Shown here piece after piece: positions 1 through 9,639 of a stretch of 64,000 nucleotides of DNA (position 1 is its first letter; every line of letters begins with the position of its first letter). The position numbers and the translations under genes are program-made. The DNA comes from an uncultured Acidobacteriota bacterium (lineage in GTDB: Bacteria; Acidobacteriota; Blastocatellia; RBC074). The notes under the pieces are model-generated. The model did no database searches. It had not been told where the DNA came from and saw nothing but the letters and a program-made list of their open reading frames with translations. The DNA lies in assembly GCA_963796275.1 (NCBI GenBank), contig CAWCKY010000006.1:2496001-2560000 (forward strand), given 5' to 3'.

Positions 1-2
1 TC

Positions 3-242
3 ATCCGCCTTGTGGTTGGGGGCGGCGCTTTTCCTGTGTTCATCGGAATTCTGGTGGGTCTAGGTGGGGCGATTGGCTTGGCCCGATTCATTCAATCGAT
101 GCTTTTTGCGACAGAGCCCATCGATCCTTTGACGCTCGCCGGAGTGTCTGTTCTGTTTGCCGCCGTCGCGTTGATGGCCTGTATTGTTCCGGCATGGAGA
201 ACGGCACGCGTCGATCCTATGGCGGCGTTAAGACAAGATTGA
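3..242 (+). CDS. C-terminal end of ADOP/FtsX-like ABC permease (5'-partial, runs off window start)
   Basis: Ends ...MLFATEPIDPLTLAGVSVLFAAVALMACIVPAWRTARVDPMAALRQD, the typical ADOP/MacB-like C-terminus; frame open from base 3. Confidence 0.9.
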   Translation: MRLVVGGGAFPVFIGILVGLGGAIGLARFIQSMLFATEPIDPLTLAGVSVLFAAVALMACIVPAWRTARVDPMAALRQD

Positions 243-251
243 CCCTCATGG

Positions 252-311
252 TCAGGCCACACATACCAGCAGCAAGGCGATCAGCGCGAAGGTCGCTGGA
301 TCGGTCGCGCT
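252..311 (-). pseudogene. Short remnant of another ADOP C-terminal segment
   Basis: Minus strand, overlapping the stop of the 311..2986 gene, reads SATDPATFALIALLLVCVA*, matching the ADOP 'GVSATDP.TF...' motif. Confidence 0.6.
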
Positions 312-2986
312 CAGTCCTGTCGTAGTGCGACCATTGGGTCAACCTTTGTCGCCCGGCGCGCCGGAATATAACAAGCCAACAACGCCACCAGCATAAGTGC
401 CATTGCGACCAGAAGCATTATCCGAGGATCAGTCGAGCTGACGCCGTAAAGAAGATTGGTCTTGAAACGAGTCAGCAACAACGAACCTGCCACACCAATC
501 AGCATGCCCGCGAGCGTCAACGCCAGCACCTGCCCAACAACCAGCCGCAAGATGTCAAAGCGTCTCGCGCCCAAGGCTATCCGAATGCCGATTTCCTGCC
601 GCCGTTCGCTGACGGCAAAACTGAGTACTCCGTAAATCCCCACCGCCGCCAGCAACAACGCGATCAAGGCAAAGCCGCCCACCAGCAGCATGCTGATCCG
701 GCGCGTCGCCGTCGAACGAGCAACCAGTTCGTCCATCGTGGCCAGCAGGTAGACCGGCGCTTCTGGATCCAGTTCGCGCACCTGTTGGCGCGCCGCATTC
801 GCCAGTCGGGACGGGTCGCCCGCCGTGCGCACGACGATGAACATGCTGCTTGAGCTGCTCTGCTCGAACAGGTCATAGGCACGTGGGTCAGGATCGAGCT
901 CCAGAGTGTGATGGCGCGCGTCGCCGACTACTCCGATGATTTCCCGCCAGTCGGCCTGATTCCTCGGCGCGCCGAAAGAAATGCGCTTGCCGACGGGGTT
1001 TTCGTTGGGAAAGACCCGCCGCGCCAGACTCTCATTAATCATAGCCACGCGTTGCGCGCGGACAGCGTATTCAGCGGTGAAATTGCGTCCGCGCAAAATT
1101 GGGATGCCCATTGTTTTGAAGTATCCCGCCGTAGCGGATTGCCAACCGATGGTCGGGGCTTGCTCGCCCACAGATAGCGGGCGGCCTTCCACGATGACCA
1201 CCGAGCCGCTGTTAGCCCCGCTGAGTGGCAGGCTGCTGACCACGCCAACCGATTCGACGCCCGGCAAGCTTGCCAGCCGCGTTTGGAGTTTCTGATAAAA
1301 ACCCACGCGCTGCGGCGTCTGGCTAGCGCGGGCAGCAGGCAGTGAAACGACAAATGTCAGCAACCGTTCGGTGTTGAATCCGACTTTGATGTTGAGCAAT
1401 GAAACGAAGCTGCTGACGAGCAGCCCCGCGCCAACCAGCAGTAGGAAGGCCAGCGAAACCTCCGCGACGATTAACAAGCTGCGCAGCCTTCGACTGCCTG
1501 CGCCTGCAGTCGTCCGTCCGGTGCCATTTTTCAACACTTGTTGCAAGTCGGGGTGCGCAGCCACGAGCGCTGGAATCAAGCCAAACAACAATACCGTCAT
1601 CAGCGCCAGCCCGAACGAGAAGCCCAACACTCTGGCGTCAACTCCGACTTCTTCGGCGCGTGGCAGATTGAGGCCGGGAAAGTTGACCAGCGCATTCATC
1701 AGGAGCCAGGCCAGCAATAACCCGGCCACTACGCCCATCAGCGCCAGCAATAAACTTTCCGTCAGCATTTGCCGTGTCAGCCTGCCGCGCCCGGCTCCCA
1801 GCGCTGCCCGAATGGCGATTTCTTTTTGCCGGACCCCACCCGCGCCCAGCAACAAACCAGCGACATTCACACAAGCGATCAACAACACGGCGCCGACCGC
1901 CGCCATCAATATATGCAGCAGCGGGCGGACACCGCCAGTCATCTGTTCCCGCAACGAAACCAGCTTGAAGCTGCGCCCCATGTTGGTGTCGGGATAAGTC
2001 TGTTCGAGCCGTTGTCCAATCGCTTTCAGCGCTGTGCGTGCCTGCGCTGGCTCGACGCTTTTTTGCAACCGCGCGATCACTTCGTACGTGTAAATTCCCC
2101 GGCTGCCCGCCCGTCCGTGTGCGCCGGTCAACGGCAACCAAAGATCGTTATCTTCAATACGGAAAGAGGGAGACAAAGGAAATTCCAGATCGAACCAAAC
2201 AGGCATTACGCCAACGACTGTCAGGCTTTCATCATTGACTTTGATTTTTCGCCCGACGATGTCCTCCGTCCCGCCAAGACGGTTTTGCCAAAGCCGGTGG
2301 CTGATGACTACCGCTTTGTCGTTACCGGGTTGATCCTCTGCGGGCGAAAAAACGCGGCCACGAATGGCTTCAACGCCGAGCAGGCGAAAGAAATTGGTCG
2401 AAACCAGCATACCTGGGAAACGCTCCGCACCGGCCTGATCCGTCAAAGTCAGCGACTGCAAAAAGATCGCGGCGGCTTCGTCAAAGATGTCGCGCTGCTG
2501 CCGGATGTCGGCAAAATCGAGGAAACTGACTTGCTGTTGCTGCTCGCCGTGCTGCGCGTGTTTCCCCCAAATCAACACTAGGCGATCGGGCTCGGCGTAT
2601 GGCAGCGCGCGCAACAATACGCCGTCAATCACGCTGAAAATCGCCGTGTTCGCGCCGATGCCCAGTGCCAGCGTCAACACGGCAATCGAGGTGAAAACGG
2701 GCGTCTTCCGCAACATTCGCACACCATAGCGCAAGTCTTGCCCAAAGGTTTCGAGCAATGGCAAGCCTCCCTGTTCACGGTAATGCTCTTGGGTCAACGT
2801 GACGCCGCCGAGTTTGATCAGCGCTTGTCGCCGCGCTTCTTCCGGCGACATCCCGGCGCGCAGATTGTCTTCAATGTGCATGGCCAGATGGCTCTCCAAC
2901 TCTTCGGCGAATTCATGCTCGCGCCGTTTGCGATTGATTGAGCCAAAGAGCTGCGCCAGCCAGCCGCGTATTCGTCGAATCTCCAT
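311..2986 (-). CDS. ADOP family duplicated orphan ABC permease (MacB_PCD/FtsX x2), 891 aa
   Basis: EELESHLAMHIEDNLRAGM N-terminus, QDLRYGVRMLRK, TLALGIGANTAIFS, PARRATKVDPMVALR; start set at ATG 2986, coupled to the PadR stop (TGATG). Confidence 0.93.
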   Translation of the reverse strand: MEIRRIRGWLAQLFGSINRKRREHEFAEELESHLAMHIEDNLRAGMSPEEARRQALIKLGGVTLTQEHYREQGGLPLLETFGQDLRYGVRMLRKTPVFTSIAVLTLALGIGANTAIFSVIDGVLLRALPYAEPDRLVLIWGKHAQHGEQQQQVSFLDFADIRQQRDIFDEAAAIFLQSLTLTDQAGAERFPGMLVSTNFFRLLGVEAIRGRVFSPAEDQPGNDKAVVISHRLWQNRLGGTEDIVGRKIKVNDESLTVVGVMPVWFDLEFPLSPSFRIEDNDLWLPLTGAHGRAGSRGIYTYEVIARLQKSVEPAQARTALKAIGQRLEQTYPDTNMGRSFKLVSLREQMTGGVRPLLHILMAAVGAVLLIACVNVAGLLLGAGGVRQKEIAIRAALGAGRGRLTRQMLTESLLLALMGVVAGLLLAWLLMNALVNFPGLNLPRAEEVGVDARVLGFSFGLALMTVLLFGLIPALVAAHPDLQQVLKNGTGRTTAGAGSRRLRSLLIVAEVSLAFLLLVGAGLLVSSFVSLLNIKVGFNTERLLTFVVSLPAARASQTPQRVGFYQKLQTRLASLPGVESVGVVSSLPLSGANSGSVVIVEGRPLSVGEQAPTIGWQSATAGYFKTMGIPILRGRNFTAEYAVRAQRVAMINESLARRVFPNENPVGKRISFGAPRNQADWREIIGVVGDARHHTLELDPDPRAYDLFEQSSSSSMFIVVRTAGDPSRLANAARQQVRELDPEAPVYLLATMDELVARSTATRRISMLLVGGFALIALLLAAVGIYGVLSFAVSERRQEIGIRIALGARRFDILRLVVGQVLALTLAGMLIGVAGSLLLTRFKTNLLYGVSSTDPRIMLLVAMALMLVALLACYIPARRATKVDPMVALRQD

Positions 2987-3327
2987 CACGACTCCTGTGG
3001 CGGCACGAAGAAGCGCGCCAGAATTGCCGTTGTCGTCTCCCATTTCTGGGTTTCTTTCGCCAGCCGTTTGCGCCCTGCGCGTGTCAGCTTGTAATACTTC
3101 GCTCTGCGATTGTTGTCCGACGATCTCCACTCCGACGCGATGTAGCCTTCCTGTTCGAGCTTCAACAAAGATGGATAGATCGTGCCGTAATTGATCGCCA
3201 GCTTGTTTTCGCTGATCTGTTCGATGCGCCGGGCGATGCCGTAGCCGTGCAATTGCCCCAGGGCTTCAAGCGTCTTGAGCACCATCAGGGCGAGAGTGCC
3301 TTGCCAGACATCGGTTTTCTCACTCAT
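2986..3327 (-). CDS. Acidobacterial PadR-family transcriptional regulator
   Basis: QGTLALMVLKTL..LHGYGIARRIEQIS..GTIYPSLLKLEQEG..NNRRAKYYKLT; directly upstream of an ADOP. Confidence 0.93.
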   Translation of the reverse strand: MSEKTDVWQGTLALMVLKTLEALGQLHGYGIARRIEQISENKLAINYGTIYPSLLKLEQEGYIASEWRSSDNNRRAKYYKLTRAGRKRLAKETQKWETTTAILARFFVPPQES

Positions 3328-3354
3328 GGTTTTTGACTCCTGATTTGTAAACCT

Positions 3355-3407
3355 CCTATGGGGAAGTTATAGGGAGAATGGCACAGCTTATATGGGAAAG
3401 CAATAGC
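3355..3407. promoter_or_regulatory. Putative PadR operator pair (two 19-bp sites, 34-bp period)
   Basis: CCTAT-N9-ATAGG at 3355-3373 and related TATATGGGAAAGCAATAGC at 3389-3407 (13/19 identical), upstream of padR. Confidence 0.5.
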
Positions 3408-3414
3408 AGAAATC

Positions 3415-3520
3415 AACAGCGTCGAACGAAAGGGCGAGTTGTGTAGGCATCCATTGATCTCCAGAAAATATAGAGTGGAGTGGCAATAAATGCTTAAAGG
3501 CCAGCCAGGCGAACAAGAAA
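3415..3520 (-). mobile_element. Remnant of the 5' end of an IS related to the 41630 transposase
   Basis: ATG at 3450 encodes MPTQLALSFDAV, identical to the first 12 aa of the 41630..43393 transposase; upstream ccactctatattttctggagatcaa also matches 41601-41626. Confidence 0.8.
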
Positions 3521-3595
3521 ACAATTATCCGACCGAATTGGACGCAATCACAGAAAAATATCATTTCAAATGCGAGCCAACCGATCCTTGTACTT

Positions 3596-6271
3596 CTATT
3601 CAGATTTGAGGGCTACTATTGGATCAACCTTGGTTGCGCGCCGCGCCGGTAGATAACAAGCCAGCAGCGCGACACTGATTAACAAAAGCGATACGCCCAT
3701 GAATGTCAGAGGGTCAGTTGCCCTCACTCCATACAGCACACTTGCCAGCAGGCGCATCATCGCCCATGCCGCAAGCAGGCCAATGGCCGCGCCGCGGAAC
3801 GTGAGCCTGGCGCCGTGGCGCATTATCAACATAAGCGCATCTGAAGGTTGCGCGCCCAGCGCCATTCGGAGTCCGATCTCCTGCGTACGGTGCGTGACTA
3901 CGTAAGACATCACTCCGTACAGCCCAACCACCGCCAACCCAACCGCGATCGCCGCGAAGATTCCGAGCAGCAGACTCAGAGACCGCAGCCATCGGGTTGA
4001 TCTCCAAACGGACTGGTCGAGCATCATTATGCCGACGACGGGCTGCTTCCTGTCGAGTTTGAGGATTTCCGAACGTATCGCTTCATTCAGACCGGATGGA
4101 TCGCCGTTGGCGCGCAGGACCAGAGTCATGAAAGGGAAGGGCTGCTGCAAGTATGGCTCATAGATTTGCGCGGGCGTCTCAATATTCAGGTAATTGGACT
4201 TTACATCGCCGGCTACGCCGACGATCTCGCGATATACTTCATCTCCGTTGGTTAATAGGATGCGTTTGCCGATCGGGTCTTCATTCGGGAAAAACTTCTT
4301 CGCCATCGTATTATTGATAATGGCGACGCGCGGGGCACCTTTTGTATCGCGCTCACTGAAATAACGACCTCTCAACAATGGAATTCCAATGGCTTTGAAA
4401 TAATCGGGACTTACCGAAGAGTAATAGGCGTGTGGCTCTTGTCCCGGTTCAAAAGGCGCCCGGCCTTCGATCCTGAAGCCTTGGTTCAGTAATTTGAACG
4501 CCTCTTCAAAATCGCCCCACTGACCGTCGCTGAATGGGACGGCGCATGCCGCGCCCGCGACCTGCACGCCCGGCAAAGCGGCGACTCTCTCTATCAATTG
4601 CGTATAGAATGCGGCTTGTTGATCTTTTCCGCGGTACTTCTCCTTCGGCAATGAAAACGAGATCGTCCGCACGTTGTTCGGATTGAAGCCCGGATCGACC
4701 TGTTGCAGGTTGATAAAGCTACGGATCATCAATCCGGCTCCGATTAACAGAATCACCGACATCGCGACCTCGATCACGACCAGAGCGTTGCGCATGAACT
4801 GTTGGCGCTGCCCGGATGTCGAGCCGCGCCCGGCGTCTTTCAGAATTTCATTCATGTTCGGTCTGGACGCCTGCAACGCTGGAACAATTCCAACTATGCA
4901 ACCCGTCAACAATACAACCGCGAGATTAAAGGCGAGCATGCGGTCGTCCAGAGAAAGATCAAGCACGCGTAGCTGATATTCGCCCATCAACGACGTCGCC
5001 ATCAGAATCTTGACGCCCCAGTTAGCCAACGCCGCGCCCACAACTCCGCCCGCCAGCGACAACAGCAAACTCTCGGTGAGCATCTGGCGGACGATGCGCC
5101 AGCGGCCGGCGCCGAGCGCGGCGCGAATGGCTATCTCCTTTTGGCGGGCGGCGGCGCGTGCCATCAGCAGGTTCGCTACATTTGCGCATGCGATCAAAAG
5201 GACGAAAGCGACGGCGCTCACCATGAGAGCCAACTGTGTCTTGGTGTGGTCGGCGGCGTAGTCGAGCAACGTAAGGAGCCTCACATTCCAGCCGGTGTTG
5301 GAGTCGGGGTATTGTTTCGCCAGATTGCTGGCGATGAGGCTCATTTCCATGCGCGCCTCTTCGAGCGTGACGCCCGGCTTGAGCCGCCCGCACGGAAAGA
5401 GATAGCGCGAGTCATATTGCTGAGATTGCTCGGCCGTGATCGCCAGCGGCGTCCAGACGTCAGTATCTTCCATACGTAGCCCCGTGGTTGGCGCCGTCAC
5501 GCCTATCACCGTGTAAAGCTGATCATCGAGTGTGATGGTCCGGCCCAGGATGTTTAGATCGCCGCCGAAGCGCCTCTGCCACAAATTGTAGCCAAGGATT
5601 ACCACCCTGTTGTGTCCTGGACGATCTTCCTCAGGCAGAAAATAGCGGCCGATCATCAGCCGCAGGCCGAACATGGGAAGAAAGCCAGGAGTAGAGGGCA
5701 TGCCGCGCACCCGCTCGGGATTGATCTCGTCGGTCAGGTTAAAATATCTGACGGTTATGGCTTCGAGAGGCGCAAACATCGTGTTCTGCTTTTGCCAGGC
5801 GAGGAACGCGGCCGGCGAAACCTGGGAGTCGTTGGTCTCCGGCAGTTTCGTCTCGCGCACCACTATCAGCCTGTCCGGGTCGGGATACGGAAGCGGGCGC
5901 AACCACACCGCATTGATGATGCTGAAAATCACGGTGTTCGCGCCGATGCCGAGCGCCAACGTCAGCATGGCGGTTAACGTGAAACCTGGATTGGTCCACA
6001 ATAGGCGCGCACCATAGCGCAGGTCCTGCCAGAGTGTTTCTAACCATCTCCCGCCGCGAATGTCATAGCCGCGTTCAGTGCTCCGGCTCAGGTCGCCGAA
6101 CCTTTTCAGGGCAGCGGCTCGCGCCTCGTCTGGCGACATCCCTCGCTCGATATTCGTCTCCGTCTCCATCTCGATGTGGACGCGCAATTCTTCTTCAATG
6201 TCACGCAATACGCTTTCTCGCCGAAACAAGGCGCGCAGCCGCGCCCTGAGAATGTTGAACCATTCCATCAT
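3596..6271 (-). CDS. ADOP family duplicated orphan ABC permease, 891 aa
   Basis: RDIEEELRVHIEME, WQDLRYGARLL, TLALGIGANTVIFS, LLIACANVANLL, PARRATKVDPIVALKSE. Confidence 0.95.
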   Translation of the reverse strand: MMEWFNILRARLRALFRRESVLRDIEEELRVHIEMETETNIERGMSPDEARAAALKRFGDLSRSTERGYDIRGGRWLETLWQDLRYGARLLWTNPGFTLTAMLTLALGIGANTVIFSIINAVWLRPLPYPDPDRLIVVRETKLPETNDSQVSPAAFLAWQKQNTMFAPLEAITVRYFNLTDEINPERVRGMPSTPGFLPMFGLRLMIGRYFLPEEDRPGHNRVVILGYNLWQRRFGGDLNILGRTITLDDQLYTVIGVTAPTTGLRMEDTDVWTPLAITAEQSQQYDSRYLFPCGRLKPGVTLEEARMEMSLIASNLAKQYPDSNTGWNVRLLTLLDYAADHTKTQLALMVSAVAFVLLIACANVANLLMARAAARQKEIAIRAALGAGRWRIVRQMLTESLLLSLAGGVVGAALANWGVKILMATSLMGEYQLRVLDLSLDDRMLAFNLAVVLLTGCIVGIVPALQASRPNMNEILKDAGRGSTSGQRQQFMRNALVVIEVAMSVILLIGAGLMIRSFINLQQVDPGFNPNNVRTISFSLPKEKYRGKDQQAAFYTQLIERVAALPGVQVAGAACAVPFSDGQWGDFEEAFKLLNQGFRIEGRAPFEPGQEPHAYYSSVSPDYFKAIGIPLLRGRYFSERDTKGAPRVAIINNTMAKKFFPNEDPIGKRILLTNGDEVYREIVGVAGDVKSNYLNIETPAQIYEPYLQQPFPFMTLVLRANGDPSGLNEAIRSEILKLDRKQPVVGIMMLDQSVWRSTRWLRSLSLLLGIFAAIAVGLAVVGLYGVMSYVVTHRTQEIGLRMALGAQPSDALMLIMRHGARLTFRGAAIGLLAAWAMMRLLASVLYGVRATDPLTFMGVSLLLISVALLACYLPARRATKVDPIVALKSE

Positions 6272-6279
6272 CAGCCTCC

Positions 6280-6612
6280 TCAGACTGCTTTTCTGACTTT
6301 CGCAATGGCCAGGACGAGCCGATCCCAGCTCTCTTCCTCGGCTTTGAGTTGTTTACTTCCTGCCTTGGTCAGCGTGTTGAACTTGGCTCGGCTGCCAGTC
6401 TCAGTTACGCCCCACTTGGAGGTGATCCAACCACGCTGCTCAATCCGGTAGACAGCTGGGTAGAGGGAGCCTTGTTCGACTTCCAGTAACTTGTCAGACA
6501 ACTGCCGAATGCGCTGGATGAGGCCGTAGCCGTGGAGCGGCCCTAAGCTGAGGGCCTTGAGATTGAGCATGTCGAGAGCGCCTTGCAGTATATCCGCCTT
6601 CGGTCGAGTCAA
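6280..6612 (-). CDS. Acidobacterial PadR-family transcriptional regulator
   Basis: LQGALDML.LKALSLGPLHGYGLIQRIRQLS..EQGSLYPAVYRIEQRGWI; GGAGG RBS before TTG start; upstream of an ADOP. Confidence 0.92.
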   Translation of the reverse strand: MTRPKADILQGALDMLNLKALSLGPLHGYGLIQRIRQLSDKLLEVEQGSLYPAVYRIEQRGWITSKWGVTETGSRAKFNTLTKAGSKQLKAEEESWDRLVLAIAKVRKAV

Positions 6613-6646
6613 ACTTAACCTCCAAATCGGGGGTGCTTATTAGTCA

Positions 6647-6699
6647 CACTCAGAAATTCTAGGTGTAGATTAGGCAGGGAGACCTAGAATGTCAATGCA
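6647..6699. promoter_or_regulatory. Putative PadR operator pair (two 19-bp sites, 34-bp period)
   Basis: Imperfect palindrome CACTCAGAAATTCTAGGTG (6647-6665) and GACCTAGAATGTCAATGCA (6681-6699); ACCTAGAA is the reverse complement of TTCTAGGT. Confidence 0.5.
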
Positions 6700-6895
6700 T
6701 AGTCCGTGAGGCTTCTACATAGTTAGGCGACGGATTTGTGCGCGGCGCGTACAGACATTACCCAATATATGCCCAAAGGTCAGCCAAACGAGAGTAAAAG
6801 CACCGTGTCAGGAGGAGGAGACACTCGGCGAGATAGCTCGATGGCTGATAGGCGAGGGCGAGTGGTGCACTCATCACAGACATCGCTCCCATATG

Positions 6896-7433
6896 ACATT
6901 CAGTTTGGTCGTTTAACGCCCATGCCGAATTGCAGCGTAGCGGCAGGGATGAGTCTAATCCGGCGTTTCAACGCTGCGTTTCAACGCCGGCACCGGCATC
7001 CATCGTCGCGTAGCGACGGCGTGAATATAGCTGTGGGTTTCAACCAATGGCTGGCTTTCCGTGAGTTAATACCGTCGTTACCTATATCTTTTCACGGAAG
7101 CCACATTTTCCTCGCCGCGATAGCGGCGGCTGATTGTAGCCGTGGGTTTCAACCAGGTTTCAACCCACGGTAGACACGTGAGATTGTTCCGCGTCGCGTC
7201 AGCGACGCTTGACTCAACCGTCGCTGACGCGACGCGGAGCGTTTTACTGGCTTTCCGTGCGTTAAAACGCACGGCTACATTCACGCCGTCGCTACGCGAC
7301 GAAGAAGGTGTACATTTCGTGCGAAAGTTTGGGAATAACAAAATGTTGAAATGCCGGGTTACATCCATAGCATCGAGATGTGGCGGAATCGAAGCAGACA
7401 ATCTTTGTTAAACCGATTGCCTGAAGCTCGATA
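6896..7433 (+). repeat. ~540-bp non-coding REP-rich repeat element, copy 1
   Basis: Aligns along its whole length with 26004..26524 on the opposite strand; nested palindromes CGTCGCGTAGCGACG, CGTCGCGTCAGCGACG and CCGTGGGTTTCAACC..GGTTTCAACCCACGG. Confidence 0.9.
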
Positions 7434-7816
7434 GTTACGGATTTCGAGAGAGCATAAAAAATCTATAGACTGTGTAGTCAAGCCTATGCAAATTTGATGA
7501 GATCAGGCCCAGGATAGAGCCGGAACTGTTGATCTTCCAAAGATATCTTTGCTGAATCATCATCATCATTAAGGTTGCACGTTTTTTTGCAATTTGGATT
7601 TAAGAGCGGGGTCCAAAGTAGACATCTGCAACAATTGCAACAGAGATATTAAGCTATTCGTGTCTGCCCTAAACTTGGCCTCCAGTCCGGCGAATAGTTC
7701 GTTTGAGACGTGAAGAAGGGCAGGCCGTATGCCCGTTTACGTTGTCAATCTGCCGAAGAACCTTGCGAATCGCAGGCCCTTCAACGACCGACCGGCGCAG
7801 CTCCGAGAAGCGAAAT

Positions 7817-9121
7817 TCATTTACCAAAAGCGTAAAGGTGGCTTTCGGTTCTCACGTAGATGCTACCTTCGATTAACGCGGGCGTTGCCATGATCGCACC
7901 GTCAAGTTTATTGGTGGCCAGAATTTTCAACTCGGCACCGGCATCCATAACAATCACCACGCCCTCTTCAGATGCAATGTATATCTTGTTATCGGCCGCC
8001 ACCGGGGATGAGTAGTAGTAGCCCGGCGCTCCCAGGCGCCCGCTGTAAACCAACTCGCCAGTTTTTGCCGCTCGACAGAAAACGATGCCGCCGTTCTGGA
8101 AAGTATAAAGTCGCCCGTTGTAATACAAGGGGGAGGGAACACCGGGCACCCCCTTCTTCTCCGACCATATGATATTCGCCTGGCCGATTTCACCCTTGGT
8201 GCCCGGGCGTACGGCCACTATGCGAGCAGAGTTGTTCGCATAGAACTGTGCGGCCCTATCAGGGTTCCGCTTTTCAGCCGCCGTCTCCAAAATTATGTCT
8301 GGCGCGGCGAAAAATAGCAGACCGCCGCCAATCACGGGTGTGCTTTTCCCACACGGCGGCAGACCTCCCACCCACCATCGCTCAACGCCATCCGTGAGGT
8401 TGTAGGACATCAGACGCTGGTCCGGCTTAAAGTCGCCTCCCAGAACGACAACCTCGTCGATTCCGTCGTGACGCCAATGCACAGGAGTCGACCATCCATA
8501 CTGAAACATTGATCGGTCCGTCATCCAGACTGTCCGCCCATTGCGGCGATTTACGCCGAACAGGTATGCATCTTTCCCTTGATGATTGAGCACAACCAAT
8601 TCACCGGCGACAATTGGTGAAGAGACCGCCCCATAGGGATTCTCCGGCAAAGGGAGTCGCCTTTCCCACTTCTGATTTCCATCCAGGTCGTAACACACTA
8701 ACCCGTAAGACCCGAAGTAGACATAGACCCGCTCTCCGTCAGTGGCGGGCGTGGCACCGGCGGGGCTGCTGATATCATGAACTTTTTCGATTTGTTCCGG
8801 CGCCACCGTACGCCGCCATAGAATCTTGCCCGTGCCTCGGTCGATGCACAGTGTTGCAAGAATCTTGTTCGCCCGATCGAATTCCGTCAGGAAAATCCGT
8901 CTTTCCCAGATGACTGGCGACGACAGGCCAGCCCCCACGGCAGTCTTCCAACGGACGTTCTGTCCGGGGCCGAAGTTAACTGGAGATTTGCCTTCGCCGA
9001 TACCCGAGGAATTCGGACCTCTAAACTGTGGCCACCACGCCTTGCCGCTGTTCTGCGATGAGCCTGCGAAACTTGACAGAATGATTGTGGCCAAAAGAGT
9101 GATCAAAAGAGCTCGTGACAT
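7817..9121 (-). CDS. Secreted PQQ-like/BamB-like beta-propeller repeat protein
   Basis: Signal peptide, WPQFRGPNSSG, repeated SSPV/TPATDG...W motifs, ends TESHLYAFGK. Confidence 0.88.
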   Translation of the reverse strand: MSRALLITLLATIILSSFAGSSQNSGKAWWPQFRGPNSSGIGEGKSPVNFGPGQNVRWKTAVGAGLSSPVIWERRIFLTEFDRANKILATLCIDRGTGKILWRRTVAPEQIEKVHDISSPAGATPATDGERVYVYFGSYGLVCYDLDGNQKWERRLPLPENPYGAVSSPIVAGELVVLNHQGKDAYLFGVNRRNGRTVWMTDRSMFQYGWSTPVHWRHDGIDEVVVLGGDFKPDQRLMSYNLTDGVERWWVGGLPPCGKSTPVIGGGLLFFAAPDIILETAAEKRNPDRAAQFYANNSARIVAVRPGTKGEIGQANIIWSEKKGVPGVPSPLYYNGRLYTFQNGGIVFCRAAKTGELVYSGRLGAPGYYYSSPVAADNKIYIASEEGVVIVMDAGAELKILATNKLDGAIMATPALIEGSIYVRTESHLYAFGK

Positions 9122-9639
9122 GATGGACTCCGGTTTGGTTTATCTTTCGAAATTCGATCCGGACGACAATCCGGTTCGTGTGCTCCCAGCAGCGAATGGT
9201 TTGCTCCGAGAATCCACAGCGACCTCTTGAGAAGCGGATATCTATCGAGTAAGTGATATCGGTAAGCAAGAAGTTTCAAGTTGGGAAAGTTTGCTGATCG
9301 GCGTGTGTCCAAGCCAAAGCCGTCGACCATCCGCCCCTGCGGTAACGGGCAAGTTGTCTAACCGCAAACAGTAAATGTCCGTGCCTGAGCAGTTCGGTGT
9401 GAAGGTTTTATTCGGATGTATGCGCCGAATGAATTGCTCTTAATGCCGTGGCCGCAAGCTAGATGCGGACTGCAAAAGCTGGCACAATACGCTCAGACAC
9501 CGAATGAATCCGGGAGATGCAATGCCCCGTATCCCGTATAAAACCCCGTATAGTAGGCCCCGTACAACCTTACAATAAGATTGACTCATTACTGCACCTC
9601 ACTGCGAACCGTGCAGAAACTAATTTTCGGAGCAAACGA

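Noticed and set aside
2987-3130. 48-aa N-terminal extension of the 939-aa ORF
   Set aside because: Overlaps padR in another frame; ATG 2986 coupled to the padR stop gives the typical ADOP N-terminus
6896-7310. Possible CRISPR array
   Set aside because: The repeats are nested inverted palindromes without regular unique spacers, and no cas genes are present
6736-7411. ORFs of 89-145 aa with apparent homologs at 25859-26561
   Set aside because: They are translations of the palindromic repeat element, and indels between the copies break the frames
9526-9564. Four CCCGTA hexamers upstream of the glutathione peroxidase
   Set aside because: Irregular spacing (7, 12, 14 bp) and too short to support a binding-site call
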